Notes: generated by a model from the letters alone, not told the origin. A stretch of 64,000 nt of DNA from an uncultured Fibrobacterota bacterium (GCA_963753345.1 CAVWBU010000049.1:207017-271016); one strand, 5' to 3'; shown: positions 52,219 through 63,997, counted from the stretch's first letter. Numbers and translations: made by a program.

Positions 52219-54401
52219 ATGCATCTCATGAAAGAAGTTGTTTTTCCCTTAGCCGTGTTTTTTGCCGGGTTGACCTTGTTTTGCACCAAGAATAGTCCCA
52301 CAGGTCCCGGCTCTGCGTCCGGCAGCGGGTCCTTGGAGACTGCGGCATCGGTTGTTGTCGGCACGGAAACCATTCCCTCAAGCGGCGGCACGTTCGCGAT
52401 CACGAATTCATCGAGTGCGATCAACGGTTTTTCCATCACCGTTCCCGCGAATGCTTTCTCCGGGAGCAGGGATTTTCAGGTGTCAACTTCCGAAATCAAG
52501 AGCCACACTTTCGGGGCTGATTTTCACCCTGTCACGCCGGTGGTCACTATCGACGCGGGGGCGGGGTATGCCGACAGCGCCATTATCATCACAATTCTGC
52601 GAAAATTCCGAGCAGCAGTTTTGCCATGGGGTTCATCTACGATGCAGCGAGCGGCTCTCTGGAAGGACTGCCGGTTGTGGCTGAAGACTCTGCAAGCATC
52701 ACCGTTGCCACGCGGACTTTCACCGCCCCGTCGGCGCAGCCGGGGCTCGCGAATCGTCCCCCTTTCGACCACCGCGCTCTCAATTTTGGTGAGCGCATAG
52801 ACACGATGGTCCTCTTCAGCAAAGGGACCATAGCGTCCGGCTTTCTTCTGCGGGTCGACGATGGGAATTTGTCAATGCCGGGTCCTATATTGCAGACGGT
52901 GGTATGTGCGCGGGGCAGAGCATTACCGCGATGTGGTATTACAGCGAGAAGAAACTCAAAGACGACCTGCTGTCGCTTTATCATGCCTATGACAAACTGA
53001 ATAATCCGGCGAACAAATGGTTCATGTGGCAGGACAATCCGCGGGGAATCAGGTTCGCATCATCGGTACAGAATGATATCATGTGGAACAGCAAGCTCTA
53101 TCTTATTTTCGAGAATATCGAGCAGAAGCCGTATTTCAGAATTTAAGTTGGAAGGCGTTCGCCTACAGCATTCTTCTCACCAACCAACCCGAGTTTGTCG
53201 GATTAACAAGTGATTCCGGCGGCCATGCCATCATCGCCTATAAGGCTGACATGGCGAGCAAGCTGCTTTACGTCGCCGACCCAAATTATCCCGGACAGGT
53301 GCGCACGATAACCTATGATGCTGCGGCTGTTAAATTCGATCCGTATCCGACAAAACAGAACGCCAATGAAGCCGATGACCACCCATACTGGGGGATAGGC
53401 TATTATGCGAAAACGTCCATGGTGGACTGGGACAAGATCGGCAGCCGCTGGACGCAATTTCTGAACGGAACAATCGGAAACGACCGTTTTCCCAAATACA
53501 TTCTGTGGGTCTATGATGGCAGCGGCTATGCATTGGGCGATACGCTGATCACCGATGCCGATACGCTCATTGTCTCATGTATATCTGCCGCGTGCGCGAA
53601 GTGTTATGCCGGAACCAACTACCTTCAGAACCTTTCGATATACGATAGCAACGGCACTCTGTTGACGACCACCAATACGTCGGGTCTCGACACGCTGTAC
53701 CTTTCGCCGGGGACCGCAGTGTACGGATTTGCCATGTCCGGCGGAACACCACACGCCATCTTTGGCTTTATCGATTTCCGATGGATCACCATTGTCAATA
53801 GCACGCTGACCATCAATCCGGTGAACCTGAATGGAACCACCGATTCGACGTATCTATTCACCGCTTCATCGACCAGCCTGCCCGTACAGGCGGTCTACCA
53901 GTGGGCGGTAACGGACAGTCTGAATACGGTTGTCGATTCCAGTACAAAGACAAATGTAAACACCTTCAGCGTACAATTTCCCAAAGCGGGAACGTTCACG
54001 GTATTTGTCAACCTGTATGATACCGATACGACAAAAATTGTCGGTCGGGTGAAAACAACCGCCACTATCAGCAACGGGACTTCCGGTGTGGACCCGCAGC
54101 TTATCGGCACCTGGATCCCCTGGAGTCTCCTAACGCAGAGTTATACGCAAAACAGCTGGCAGGACACCATCGTTGTAACAACAACCAAATTTCTCGAAGG
54201 CAGCGTATATGCTTCTCCAGGAATCGCGTCCTGTAAACTCATCGCCAACAACGGAAATATCATCCCATTCGGATCGCAGGTTGATCATACGACTATACTA
54301 TCAATGGGGATATGCTCTACTGTGTCTTGGAATACACCTCAGCGACGCAGACGGTGACCGACAGCACACCCGGGGTACAGGCATACAAGAAAAAGAGCTA
54401 A
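52219..54401 (+). CDS. Exported (lipo)protein with papain-fold-like Cys-His-Asp domain; several frameshifts (assembly errors or pseudogene)
   Basis: Consecutive ORFs 52132-52800, 52626-53000, 52904-53146 and 53083-54357 read as one protein; GGMCAGQS..GGHAIIAY..YVADPNYP. Confidence 0.6.
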
Positions 54402-54489
54402 TATCCTAAGTAAGGCCGAGGAGAAATTTTCCCATAAGACATTTTCATATTCACATATCCCACCTTATTACGTCTTAAAAGGAGCCCCT

Positions 54490-56409
54490 ATGTCTTCCCG
54501 ACAAGGGTTTCAACAAAGTCGCCGGGTCTTTACAATTGCAATAATCATTGGTGGTATCGCAAGAATTGCGGCGCCGGATCCGGTGATCCCTGTGGAACGA
54601 ATAGCCGCATGGGCGCCGGGCGTTGGTTTCCGGGGCGGCATACCCGCCAGAACTTCCCTCATCAACGTTACGAACGCTCCATACAATGCCAAGGGTGACG
54701 GGGTCACCGATAACACCGCTGCCATTCAGGCCGCAATCAATGCGGCAACGGCAAATCAGGTGGTCTATGTGCCAACGGGCAAATACCTTTGCACCGGTAC
54801 GCTCAATCTGAAAAAGTCCAATATGTCAATTCGTGGCGACGGCCCCAATGCGACGATCGTCAATTACACGGGAACGGGCGTGGCCATTTCCGCAGCTCCG
54901 TATATCACGGCCTGGTCGGCCCGGCAGGCGGTGACAAGCGCGGTTACCCAGGAGGCCAATCATATTACCGTCACAAATGCGGGCGGAATAGCGGTCGGCG
55001 ATATCATCGTCATATCGCAGATTAATCCATCCTATGCGACGCTTCACGGCAATAACGGGCTTCTGTCCTGGGGCGGCGCCCCCAATGCTTCGGGCGGGTA
55101 CACCAATGACACCGCCCGCGGGATGATGCAGGTGGATCTCGTGACAGCAGTGAGCGGCAACACCCTGACCCTGGAAAGGCCGCTGTATCTGACGTTCGCA
55201 AGCTCGCAATCCCCGGCAATCAATTCCATGACGCCAGCGTACGGAATAGGTATTGAGAACCTGCAGATACTGCGCAGCGGGATCGGCGGTGACGAGCCGA
55301 ACGTCAATATGGCAACGCTGGCCGAGTCATGGGTCTCGAACATAGCATCGGTTCAAACAAGCGGAACGGAGAACTACGCGCATGTGATGCTCACCAACGA
55401 TTATGCGTGCGAGGTGAGGGACAGTTGGTTTCAAGGCGGCGGGATTAATGGCTCGGGCCTGGACTACGGGGTGTACATTGTCAATAACGCCAGTGAAAAT
55501 CTGGTTGAGAACAACGTGTTTGTCGGGATGCGGCACAGTATGATCATTGCCGCCGGCGCCAGCGGCAACGTTTACGGATACAACTACACCTCCGGACCGT
55601 GGGAGAGCAACTATCCCAATGATCAGACAGGGGACCAGGACAGTCACGGCGGAGAGACGTACATGAATCTCTGGGAAGGCAACATCGCCGAGAATTTCTG
55701 GATGGATGATACGTGGGGTGGCAATGCCTTTAACACGGGTTTTCGGGATTGGTGCATTGCCTACTCCACGGCGGGGCAAAACGACCAGGATTGGAATGCC
55801 GTAGCGCTCGAAGCCAACACCTACAGCGCGAATGTGGTGGGTATGGTGCTTGGCCGTCCGGGAGCGTCCAACATAGATTATTCCCTTGATTCAGGTGCGC
55901 AATCCACGGCATTTATCCAGGGGAATTACAGTTTTCAGACAGGAAAAACGCTGTGGCTATCCGGCCCTGTAGCGCTTCCCGCGTCGCTCTATTACGGTTC
56001 CAAGCCTGCCTGGTGGGGGGCTTTGGCATGGCCGGCCATCGGGCCGGATGTTTCGCCTGTCAACGGAGCCACACCGGCGCAGCAGCGATTTCTGGCGACG
56101 GCAGTGCAGCGCCTGCCGCAGAACCGCAACGCAGCTGGGGAAATCCCTTCGGCTCCTTTCCTTAAATCAACCTTTGTCCCAAAGAGCGGAATAACGGTCT
56201 TGACCTTTGGCGTTCCGGTTGCAGGCAATGTTGCGCTTGAGATTTATTCTTTGAGCGGCAGGACTATCGCGACGATTTCAAAGCCTGGCCTTGCGCCGGG
56301 GACCTACGAAGAAAGCTTCGGCGCCGCTGCGTTGCCTGCAGGCGTTTACTGCTGCAAACTCCGCGTCGGGACAGCCGCGCTGTCCCGTGTCATGAAGATA
56401 GCACGGTAG
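54490..56409 (+). CDS. Right-handed beta-helix glycan-active protein (Pectate_lyase_3-type N-terminus) with T9SS-like tail
   Basis: YNAKGDGVTDNTAAIQAAI..VYVPTGKY..IRGDG; tail IYSLSGR..LPAGVYCCKL. Confidence 0.82.
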   Translation: MSSRQGFQQSRRVFTIAIIIGGIARIAAPDPVIPVERIAAWAPGVGFRGGIPARTSLINVTNAPYNAKGDGVTDNTAAIQAAINAATANQVVYVPTGKYLCTGTLNLKKSNMSIRGDGPNATIVNYTGTGVAISAAPYITAWSARQAVTSAVTQEANHITVTNAGGIAVGDIIVISQINPSYATLHGNNGLLSWGGAPNASGGYTNDTARGMMQVDLVTAVSGNTLTLERPLYLTFASSQSPAINSMTPAYGIGIENLQILRSGIGGDEPNVNMATLAESWVSNIASVQTSGTENYAHVMLTNDYACEVRDSWFQGGGINGSGLDYGVYIVNNASENLVENNVFVGMRHSMIIAAGASGNVYGYNYTSGPWESNYPNDQTGDQDSHGGETYMNLWEGNIAENFWMDDTWGGNAFNTGFRDWCIAYSTAGQNDQDWNAVALEANTYSANVVGMVLGRPGASNIDYSLDSGAQSTAFIQGNYSFQTGKTLWLSGPVALPASLYYGSKPAWWGALAWPAIGPDVSPVNGATPAQQRFLATAVQRLPQNRNAAGEIPSAPFLKSTFVPKSGITVLTFGVPVAGNVALEIYSLSGRTIATISKPGLAPGTYEESFGAAALPAGVYCCKLRVGTAALSRVMKIAR

Positions 56410-56453
56410 CGGTTACCTTTTTGATGGGGAGGATGCCGCGCTCAGCTCACTTG

Positions 56454-57338
56454 CTAAAATGCATATCCAAGAGATATTTCGGTATCCAGCCCCGACAACC
56501 ATCGCAGACGGTCTATGGTGCTTTGATCCGGAACAGGGTTATCGAATTTGCTCCATGTATACCCATAGCCGATCCGGGCAACCAGGCTCAAACCCCAAGG
56601 AGCCACCCACCGTCTCCCGATATCGGGTCCAACCGTGATGCTTGTTTGGGTGTATCCAACGCCAGTATCCGCAAACCAGTCACGGCCATTTCCATATGAC
56701 CGGCCGCCATTTACAAAAACTCCGAGAAAACCAGAATTCATGCTCTTTGCCCAATGCCACCGGTAGGCCAACTCCAAATTTTCTCCGTGAGAATCCCAAT
56801 CGGTGTACCCTGGATAATAGCTGCCTTCAACGACGATCCCGTGCTGGCGGTTGAACAGATATTCATAATTGAGCGAGAGGGTGCCCAGGAAAAGTCCGGC
56901 CACATCGAGCTGAATCGCCTGTTTTGTCTTGTCGATATTTGGTGAATACCAATAACCTCTCACAGGCCTCCAGAATCTCCTTGGCGGGGGGACTCGATAG
57001 ACCACATACGGCGGCGAAGAAGAAGGAGGCATCACCGAGGCAGTTTCCGTTGGCGCCGGTTGAGTCGGTGCTCCTTGGACGCCTGAACCTGTGACGACGC
57101 GTCCCTTATGCTTCATAGCAGTGATAATGACGTGAGGAGATGCGCCGTCTCCTCTGAGCTGCACTATTTGATCCGAAGAAAGATCATAACTGGAATCGGA
57201 TGCATCGATGTAAGCAATAATAACATCTTCGCTTACACCGGATTTGAGCAGCTTTACCAAGTCACCATATTGCTGGGACGCCTGCAGGCTCGCAACGCCA
57301 AAAATGAGAGTGACGCACGAAAACAATAATCTTTTCAT
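56454..57338 (-). CDS. Hypothetical outer-membrane beta-barrel-like protein
   Basis: Signal peptide; small helical domain, Pro-rich linker, amphipathic strands ending ISLGYAF. Confidence 0.65.
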   Translation of the reverse strand: MKRLLFSCVTLIFGVASLQASQQYGDLVKLLKSGVSEDVIIAYIDASDSSYDLSSDQIVQLRGDGASPHVIITAMKHKGRVVTGSGVQGAPTQPAPTETASVMPPSSSPPYVVYRVPPPRRFWRPVRGYWYSPNIDKTKQAIQLDVAGLFLGTLSLNYEYLFNRQHGIVVEGSYYPGYTDWDSHGENLELAYRWHWAKSMNSGFLGVFVNGGRSYGNGRDWFADTGVGYTQTSITVGPDIGRRWVAPWGLSLVARIGYGYTWSKFDNPVPDQSTIDRLRWLSGLDTEISLGYAF

Positions 57339-57815
57339 TTGAAGCCCCCTGTTGAAATCATCATTAGACATCTATTTCACCCTTCTTGTTTCCATTTTGA
57401 GCTCGAAATCACGTCACCTTTACTTTGCAATGTTGCCTTTACCTGCGGAGATGGGGCTGACTCTCCGTGCCAATTGCCATCTCCACGAGTTTCCTCCGGG
57501 AACCAGCGACCCCGGAGCGAAGCGTCAAAGAGGCGAAGCCAACCCGGGCCGCGTTGTAGGATGAGAGTCTGTGGTTGACTGTTCACCCGAGTAAACATAA
57601 AGAAGGGGACAGGCATTTCTTTCGTGCAGTTGAGCCAATAATGTTTATATTTATATATAATAAAGGGGGCAGGCTTGGGCATGTGCCTCGGGTATAAGCC
57701 ATGATCAACCTCAAGGGGAGGGGAATCCTGCAGCCGAGTCCGTGCACGCTCTCTGAATCGCCGTCACTTGCCGAACATTCCTGAAATCAAAATTCATCAA
57801 AAGGAGGAGACGCAG

Positions 57816-60599
57816 ATGCTTAGAAAACTGCTGGCGTTTATTGCAAGTGTCCTGTTCTTGTCGGCTGTTGCATGCTACGCGGTTACCTACACGCCGGAAG
57901 CAAGCAATAGGATTAAAATCAATCTGGGTGATACTCCATGGAAGTTTATTAAATCGGACCCTTTGAACGCCCAAAGCGCGGCGGTAAGTGACGCGACATG
58001 GAAAGACATTGGAGTTCCGTATACCCCGAATGACGACGATACCTTTGTAAACGGCACGAGCGGCGGCGGTCCGATGTTTGGAGGCGCCTGCTGGTACAGG
58101 AAACATTTCACCTTGGACAACGCATATGCGGGAAGAAAAATATTCATTGAAGTCGAAGGCGCGCACATGGGTTGTCAGTTGTATATCAACGGAACATTCG
58201 TGCCCGGAAACAGCGCGTATAATCCGCAGGCCACGCATGTCATCGGTTTTATGGGGTTTGTGGTGGATGCCACGTCGCTTGTAACATTCGGCGGAGCGGA
58301 CAATCTTCTGGCCCTACGGGTCAGCTTTTCAGGCGGGTTTTACACAGACCCTGGTTTTTCGGAGGTTTTCAGGTTCGGATCGTCTGACGTTGGTGTGTTC
58401 AGGCCGGTGTGGCTGCATATCACCGACCCGGTCCATGTGCCGTTGAATCTGTATTCGGTTCTTAACCAGTGGGGAACATATGTCGCGACAACAGCCGCGA
58501 CGGACGCTTCAGCCACGGTGCGAATCCAGACAAACGTTCGGAATGATGGCGGGGCCGCTCAGGCCGTTACGCTGACCACCAAAATCGTCGACGCCGGCAA
58601 CAATGTGCTTTCGAGCATGGATGCCAATCAGACCATTGCCGCAGGCGCGACATTCATGTTCGACCAGACCGCCACAATAGCCAATCCTCATTTGTGGTAT
58701 CCGAACAATAGCCCATATGGCACGCCTTATATGCACAAAGTGTACAGTATCGTGAAGATAGGCGGAACCACGGTAGACCTTTTTACGAGCCCGTTGGGAA
58801 TCCGGACGGTCACCTGGGACGCGAATTTCCCTTATATCAATGGACACAAACATTGTTTGTACGGCGCTTCGGCGCGTTACGATTATCCGGCGCTTGGCAC
58901 GGCATTGCCTAATGAGGTCGAATACCGAGACCTGCAGATACTTGCGAAAATCGGCGGCAGCCTGTGGAGACCCGGACATTCATCGTGCAGCCCCGGGTTT
59001 GTCCATGCATGCGACGACGAAGGCGTCATGCTAATGCAGCCCAGCGGCGATGGTGAGGGACTGTGGTCTACTAACGTGAGTGCGTACCAGAGCACGCTCA
59101 AACAGGAGATCCAGCGCGACGTGTGCATACGCGACAGGAACGATCCGTCGATTCTCGCGTGGGAGGTTTGTAACGGCGATATTATCGCTGCCTTCTGCAC
59201 CACGCTCAGGAACCTGTGCAATTCATGGGAGCCGCTTGCGCCGCGCGCGATTTCGGTCCGCGGTATCGGAATGGGGCCCACGGACCTCATTTCGTGCACG
59301 GTCACCGGATGCGAGATGGGCATGAAGAACGGCCATCCCGGCAATCCGGCCTGGGGCGCGGAAGCCTGGGGCCATCAGGCCTCAAGGTATGCCTATGATT
59401 ATGAACTCCTGTTTTGCGAAGAGTTCGCACAAAACTGGAGAAAGAACATACAACAAAACTGTTTCGGGTTATGCCAGTGGTATTTGGCAGAGACTCCCGG
59501 CGAATGCGGGAATTTTGAAGGAGGTCCCGCTTGCGCCGACGAACGGTCGTTCGGATCTTCCATGATGGATTACAACCGTATTCCCAAATTACTTTACAAG
59601 GTATATAATGCCTGCTGGGTGCCGTATTCTACCAAGCCGGTGGTTTTCCTGGCACATCACTGGAACCGCGCCGGTGCGGTCACGGTCAATGCGTTCAGCA
59701 ACTGCCCGCAGGTAAATCTTCTTATCAATGGCAATAGCCAAGGGATAAAAACGCCGAATCCCTGGACCGGGACAGGGGACGAGACAACTAATCAAACCAC
59801 TACGGAGATGCCGTTTCAATGCTGGTGGAATGTAAACTGGGCAGCGGGAACTTTGCTTGCGCAAGGCCTTGATGCAAACGGCAATGTGGTATGTACCGAT
59901 CAGAAAGTCACGTCCGGAAATCCCGACCATATAGTATTGACCGTGGCTCCGGAGGTGGTAAAACCGGATGGAGAGGTCTTTACGATCAAGGCCAACGGGG
60001 TAGACGCGGCTTTTATACTGGCCACGGTGGTTGATGCGCAAGGCAACTGGAACCCCACGGCAACCAATATTATTACTTTCCAAACAACCGGTCCCTGCGA
60101 ATATCGCGGAGGCACTGATCAGGTTGTAACTGACGGACAAGGCTATGGCTATCATGCGCCTCTTGACCCAAATCTTTCTGCTGAAGGCGGGATGTGCAAA
60201 ATAGCCGTGAGGTCACGATGGACGGCGGGCCAGATAACGGTCACGGCGACTTCTCCCGGCCTGGGCACGGGCACGACGACATTCATGGTGAGCGATGTCG
60301 GAGAGCCGGTTGAATACAGGCGCCCCGCCACAGCGTATTCGTCCTCCATGCCCTCTTTCAAAATGGAATTGCTGGGAAAGACCCTTCGGTATTTCATCAG
60401 CAGTCCGGGGAGCGTCGCTATTGACATCCTCAATGCAAGCGGACGGGTGCTGAAACATATCCCGGCGCTCAAATGCACCGAGGGATGGCATCAAATCGGC
60501 CTCAGCGGAGAAACGGGTGCCGGCCTTGGCGTGTATTTTGTGCGCTGCGCGGTTGATGGCGCAAGCCAGGTCGTGAAACGTGTCGTCATGATCCGCTGA
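57816..60599 (+). CDS. GH2-family glycoside hydrolase (beta-galactosidase-like) with T9SS-like tail
   Basis: WYRKHF..IEVEGA..YING, G.FRPVWL, PHLW, GIRT, RDRNDPSILAWEVCNG, GSSMMDYNRIPK; tail ILNASGR..GVYFVR. Confidence 0.87.
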   Translation: MLRKLLAFIASVLFLSAVACYAVTYTPEASNRIKINLGDTPWKFIKSDPLNAQSAAVSDATWKDIGVPYTPNDDDTFVNGTSGGGPMFGGACWYRKHFTLDNAYAGRKIFIEVEGAHMGCQLYINGTFVPGNSAYNPQATHVIGFMGFVVDATSLVTFGGADNLLALRVSFSGGFYTDPGFSEVFRFGSSDVGVFRPVWLHITDPVHVPLNLYSVLNQWGTYVATTAATDASATVRIQTNVRNDGGAAQAVTLTTKIVDAGNNVLSSMDANQTIAAGATFMFDQTATIANPHLWYPNNSPYGTPYMHKVYSIVKIGGTTVDLFTSPLGIRTVTWDANFPYINGHKHCLYGASARYDYPALGTALPNEVEYRDLQILAKIGGSLWRPGHSSCSPGFVHACDDEGVMLMQPSGDGEGLWSTNVSAYQSTLKQEIQRDVCIRDRNDPSILAWEVCNGDIIAAFCTTLRNLCNSWEPLAPRAISVRGIGMGPTDLISCTVTGCEMGMKNGHPGNPAWGAEAWGHQASRYAYDYELLFCEEFAQNWRKNIQQNCFGLCQWYLAETPGECGNFEGGPACADERSFGSSMMDYNRIPKLLYKVYNACWVPYSTKPVVFLAHHWNRAGAVTVNAFSNCPQVNLLINGNSQGIKTPNPWTGTGDETTNQTTTEMPFQCWWNVNWAAGTLLAQGLDANGNVVCTDQKVTSGNPDHIVLTVAPEVVKPDGEVFTIKANGVDAAFILATVVDAQGNWNPTATNIITFQTTGPCEYRGGTDQVVTDGQGYGYHAPLDPNLSAEGGMCKIAVRSRWTAGQITVTATSPGLGTGTTTFMVSDVGEPVEYRRPATAYSSSMPSFKMELLGKTLRYFISSPGSVAIDILNASGRVLKHIPALKCTEGWHQIGLSGETGAGLGVYFVRCAVDGASQVVKRVVMIR

Positions 60600-60631
60600 A
60601 AAGTGCAAATGTCAACGTTGTGATGGTTTTG

Positions 60632-60660
60632 AAAGGGCACCCGCAGCAGGTGCCCTTTCT
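60632..60660 (+). terminator. Hairpin/terminator
   Basis: AAAGGGCACC-CGCAGCA-GGTGCCCTTT. Confidence 0.65.
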
Positions 60661-60817
60661 GCTTTGCAAAGGTGCGGGAATGTCGCCTGTGGAGAACATT
60701 ATCCACAGACATCAAGAAGCGGATTGGAATCTGGAGAGAAAAAATGACACACGCTATTTGTGTGCAGGAACCCAGGAATGTATAATGAAGACGATGGCAA
60801 CCAGGGGAGGAGCCGCT

Positions 60818-62062
60818 GTGAAAAACGTTCATAAAAACCTGGGAATACTTGCAGGATTAATGAGCGTGCTCAGCGTTGCGGCCAATGCCCAATGGGTCAA
60901 GACCAGCGGGCCGTGGAGCGGCGACGTCTCCTGCCTGCAATGCCACTATGCCACCGCGCTCGCCGCGAGCGGCGGCACTGTTGTTGCCGGAACGTATGCA
61001 GGCGGCGTTTTCCTTTCTCTTGACAATGGCACAAGCTGGACCGGGATCGATTCCGGACTCACCAATGACAGCATTCTTTCGCTTGCAGCGAGCGGCGGCA
61101 GTGTTTTTGCCGGAACGCACGGCGGCGGCGTTTTCCGTTCCGCCAATAACGGCACCGTCTGGACCGCGGCCGATTCCGGCCTCACCGACAAGGTTGTCCT
61201 TTCTCTTGCGGTGAACGGCAGCGCTGTTGTTGCCGGGACGCATGGCGGCGGCATTTTCCTTTCCGTCAATAACGGCGCAGGCTGGACCGCGGTCAACACC
61301 GGCCTCACGAATGACACCGTCCTCTCCCTTGTGGAAAGCGGCAGCAGTATTTTCGCCGGGACGCACGGCGGCGGCATTTTCCGTTCCGTCAATAACGGCG
61401 CGGGCTGGACGGCGGTCGATTCCGGCCTTGCAAACACGGCCGTCCTTTCTCTTGCGGTAAGCGGCGGCAGTGTTTTTGCCGGGACGCACGGCGGCGGCGT
61501 TTTCCTTTCAGGCGATGACGGCGAAGGCTGGACCGCGGCCGATTCCGGCCTCACCAACGACAGCGTGCTCTCTCTTGCCGTGAGCGGCAGCACGATCCTT
61601 GCCGGGACGCACGGCGGCGGTGTTTTCCTTTCCGTCAATAATGGCGCGCGGTGGACTGCAATCAATACCGGCCTCACCAATGCTGTTGTCACGTCACTTG
61701 CAATAAGCCGCGGCACCATCTTTGCCGGAACCGATGGCGGTGTCTGGCGCAGGCCGCTATTGGACCTGGTGGGCGTTGTCGGCGGCGATCTGCGGCAGAA
61801 GGCACGGGAACCGAAATCCGGCGGGTTCAAAATAAGCATCCGCAGGAATAGCGTCGTCGTGTCGCTGCCGGAATCATTGACGGATGGCGCAGCAACCGTC
61901 ACGTTGTTCACCATCGCCGGAAAAAGAGTTTATTCATCTGTACATCAGGCTTATAACGGGGCCCTCGAAATTCCCGTAGCCGGATTGTCGTCGGGCACGT
62001 ATCTCATGTCAATTACCAGCGGCAACGCCGCGATGTCTTCGTCGTTTGTGGTGACAAGATGA
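60818..62062 (+). CDS. BNR/YCF48-like beta-propeller protein with 41-aa tandem repeats and T9SS-like tail
   Basis: Six 123-bp repeats (61001-61738) of GGVFxSxNNGxxWTxxDSGLTN; tail FTIAGKRVY..LSSGTYL. Confidence 0.85.
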   Translation: MKNVHKNLGILAGLMSVLSVAANAQWVKTSGPWSGDVSCLQCHYATALAASGGTVVAGTYAGGVFLSLDNGTSWTGIDSGLTNDSILSLAASGGSVFAGTHGGGVFRSANNGTVWTAADSGLTDKVVLSLAVNGSAVVAGTHGGGIFLSVNNGAGWTAVNTGLTNDTVLSLVESGSSIFAGTHGGGIFRSVNNGAGWTAVDSGLANTAVLSLAVSGGSVFAGTHGGGVFLSGDDGEGWTAADSGLTNDSVLSLAVSGSTILAGTHGGGVFLSVNNGARWTAINTGLTNAVVTSLAISRGTIFAGTDGGVWRRPLLDLVGVVGGDLRQKAREPKSGGFKISIRRNSVVVSLPESLTDGAATVTLFTIAGKRVYSSVHQAYNGALEIPVAGLSSGTYLMSITSGNAAMSSSFVVTR

Positions 62063-62137
62063 CAAAGACCGGCTTCAACATTTGAAGAAGAAACTTGACA
62101 AGAAAGGGTCCCCGATTTGGATGGGAGAGATGTCATC

Positions 62138-63800
62138 ATGAAAAATCTAGCGGTTGTTTTTCTGCTGACATTGTCGAGTGCCTGGGGAGCCACGTACTAC
62201 ATCGCCGCGACCGGTTCCGATGCCAACAGTCCGACCCAGGCGAAGTCCAGGAACCAGTCCCTGGGCGCACCTGCCGGGCATGCCGAACGCGAGCGGTGCG
62301 TGCGCCTCTTTTGCGCCGGCGGCCGGAGACAGCTTTGTATTCCGCGGCGGTGACACGTGGGGCGCCGCGAGCCTGGGCGTCGATTGGCACTGGTCGGGGA
62401 CCTCCGCCTCCTGGATCTACATCGGCGTGGACCAGGCATGGTTTACGGGCGGTTCCTGGAAACGCCCAGTCTTTACCTGCGGGGGAGCGGCCTGCGCCAG
62501 CGGGACCAACCAGCTTCAGGTGAATGCCAGTTATGTCCTTGTTGACAACATCGAATGCACGGGAATGTACAAAGGCAGCGGCGGCGGTGGCGTGACCAGT
62601 ATCCTGACGCTTAACTCCTATAATGAGGTGAAAAACTGCTACGTGCATGGCTGGTCGCACGCTGCCGCCAGCACGGACAACTCCATGTGCTGGGGAATCG
62701 CCGCGCATGGCGGGTATCCTCACGATGAAATCTCGTTTCACGATAATGTGATAGACGGTTCCGACGGGACCAGGGACGATGGGAACGGCATTGAAGACGG
62801 CACCTACGTCTACAACAACGTGATCCGCTACGTTGTCAGCGGATTGTTGTCCGAATTCAACATCGTGCATGACAATCTCGTGGAGCACGATGTCCTTTCG
62901 TACGCCGGAGACCACTGCAACCTGATTTTTATCTTCCATCCGGCGAGCGGGACGCATCTTGTGGCCTATAACAACGTGGTGAGGCATTCGGGCTGTGCCG
63001 GGGGCATGGCATTCTGGCTCAACGGCAATGCCGGATGTGACGCCTGCACCACCTACGCTTTTAACAATGTACTGTACGATATAGACAACGGGATCATGGC
63101 CATAGGCGCGCATCCGTCAAGCGGCAATACAGGCACATATTACATCTACAACAACACGATCGTGAGCAACGGCGGCGCATGCATGGGAAACGGCGAAGCA
63201 TCCCCCAGGTCCATTACCCACTACGCGAACAATCATTGTATTAATGTCAATTCGTACTGCGATGTCACGGGCACGACGGGCATCAACGACAGCGGGAATG
63301 TGATGCAGACCACGGCAAAAGCGACTGCCGACGGTTATACTTCCAGCGAAGGCTTCGCCTATTCTCCCACCGCGGCAGGTAATGCGACCGTGGGTGCGGG
63401 CATCAACCTGACGAGCCTGTGCGCGTCCATGCCAGATTTGTGCAACGACGCGACGTACGCGGTCGGTTACGATTCGGTAAATCACAGGGTGATTGCGCCG
63501 GCCAGAACGCCGAAGGCGCGTCCGGCAACCGGAGCCTGGGACGCGGGGGCATACCAGTATGCCGCAGCAGGAATCCGGGGAATGGAAACCGGACCCCGGC
63601 ATGTTGTTCCGGCGCAATTGCCGCATGCGAATCCGCTGAGCGCCGCTTTGTTCCGCAGGTATATTCAATCAAGAAACAATCTGAAGGTGTATGATCTTGC
63701 AGGAAACCTTTTGAACAATCAGGCTATACAAGGCGAAGGGTTTTACTTGATTCGAGAGAGTATGAATGCGCCGCTGGAAAAGGTGCTGGTGGTGAAGTAA
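62138..63800 (+). CDS. Secreted right-handed beta-helix protein; frameshift near 62250
   Basis: Signal peptide and TYYIAATGSDAN join to SPWAHLPGM..FRGGDTW; YNNV/YNNT rungs; WDAGAYQY; tail YDLAGN..GFYLI. Confidence 0.78.
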
Positions 63801-63921
63801 TTGAGACAGGGGAGAGGAACAAAGCGCAGCTTCCAAGAAACCTTGCGAAGCAAGAGCGGAATTACAGGTTGACATCTTTTCTTCGAAGAAGTAATTTTTA
63901 CAGCAAATCTGCATGCAATGT

Positions 63922-63997
63922 GGGGCTGTAGCTCAGTTGGGAGAGCATCAGGCTGGCAGTCTGGGGGTCGTCGGTTCGAACCCGTCCAGCTCCACCA
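63922..63997 (+). tRNA. tRNA-Ala(GGC)
   Basis: GGGGCTGTAGCTCAGTTGGGAGAGC..CT-GGC-AG..GGTTCGAACCC..CAGCTCCACCA; G3:U70 identity pair. Confidence 0.95.

Noticed and set aside
57480-57560. GC-rich GAGCGAAGCG-containing stretch resembling the repeat families
   Set aside because: Only a short match and no shared terminal motifs; cannot be assigned
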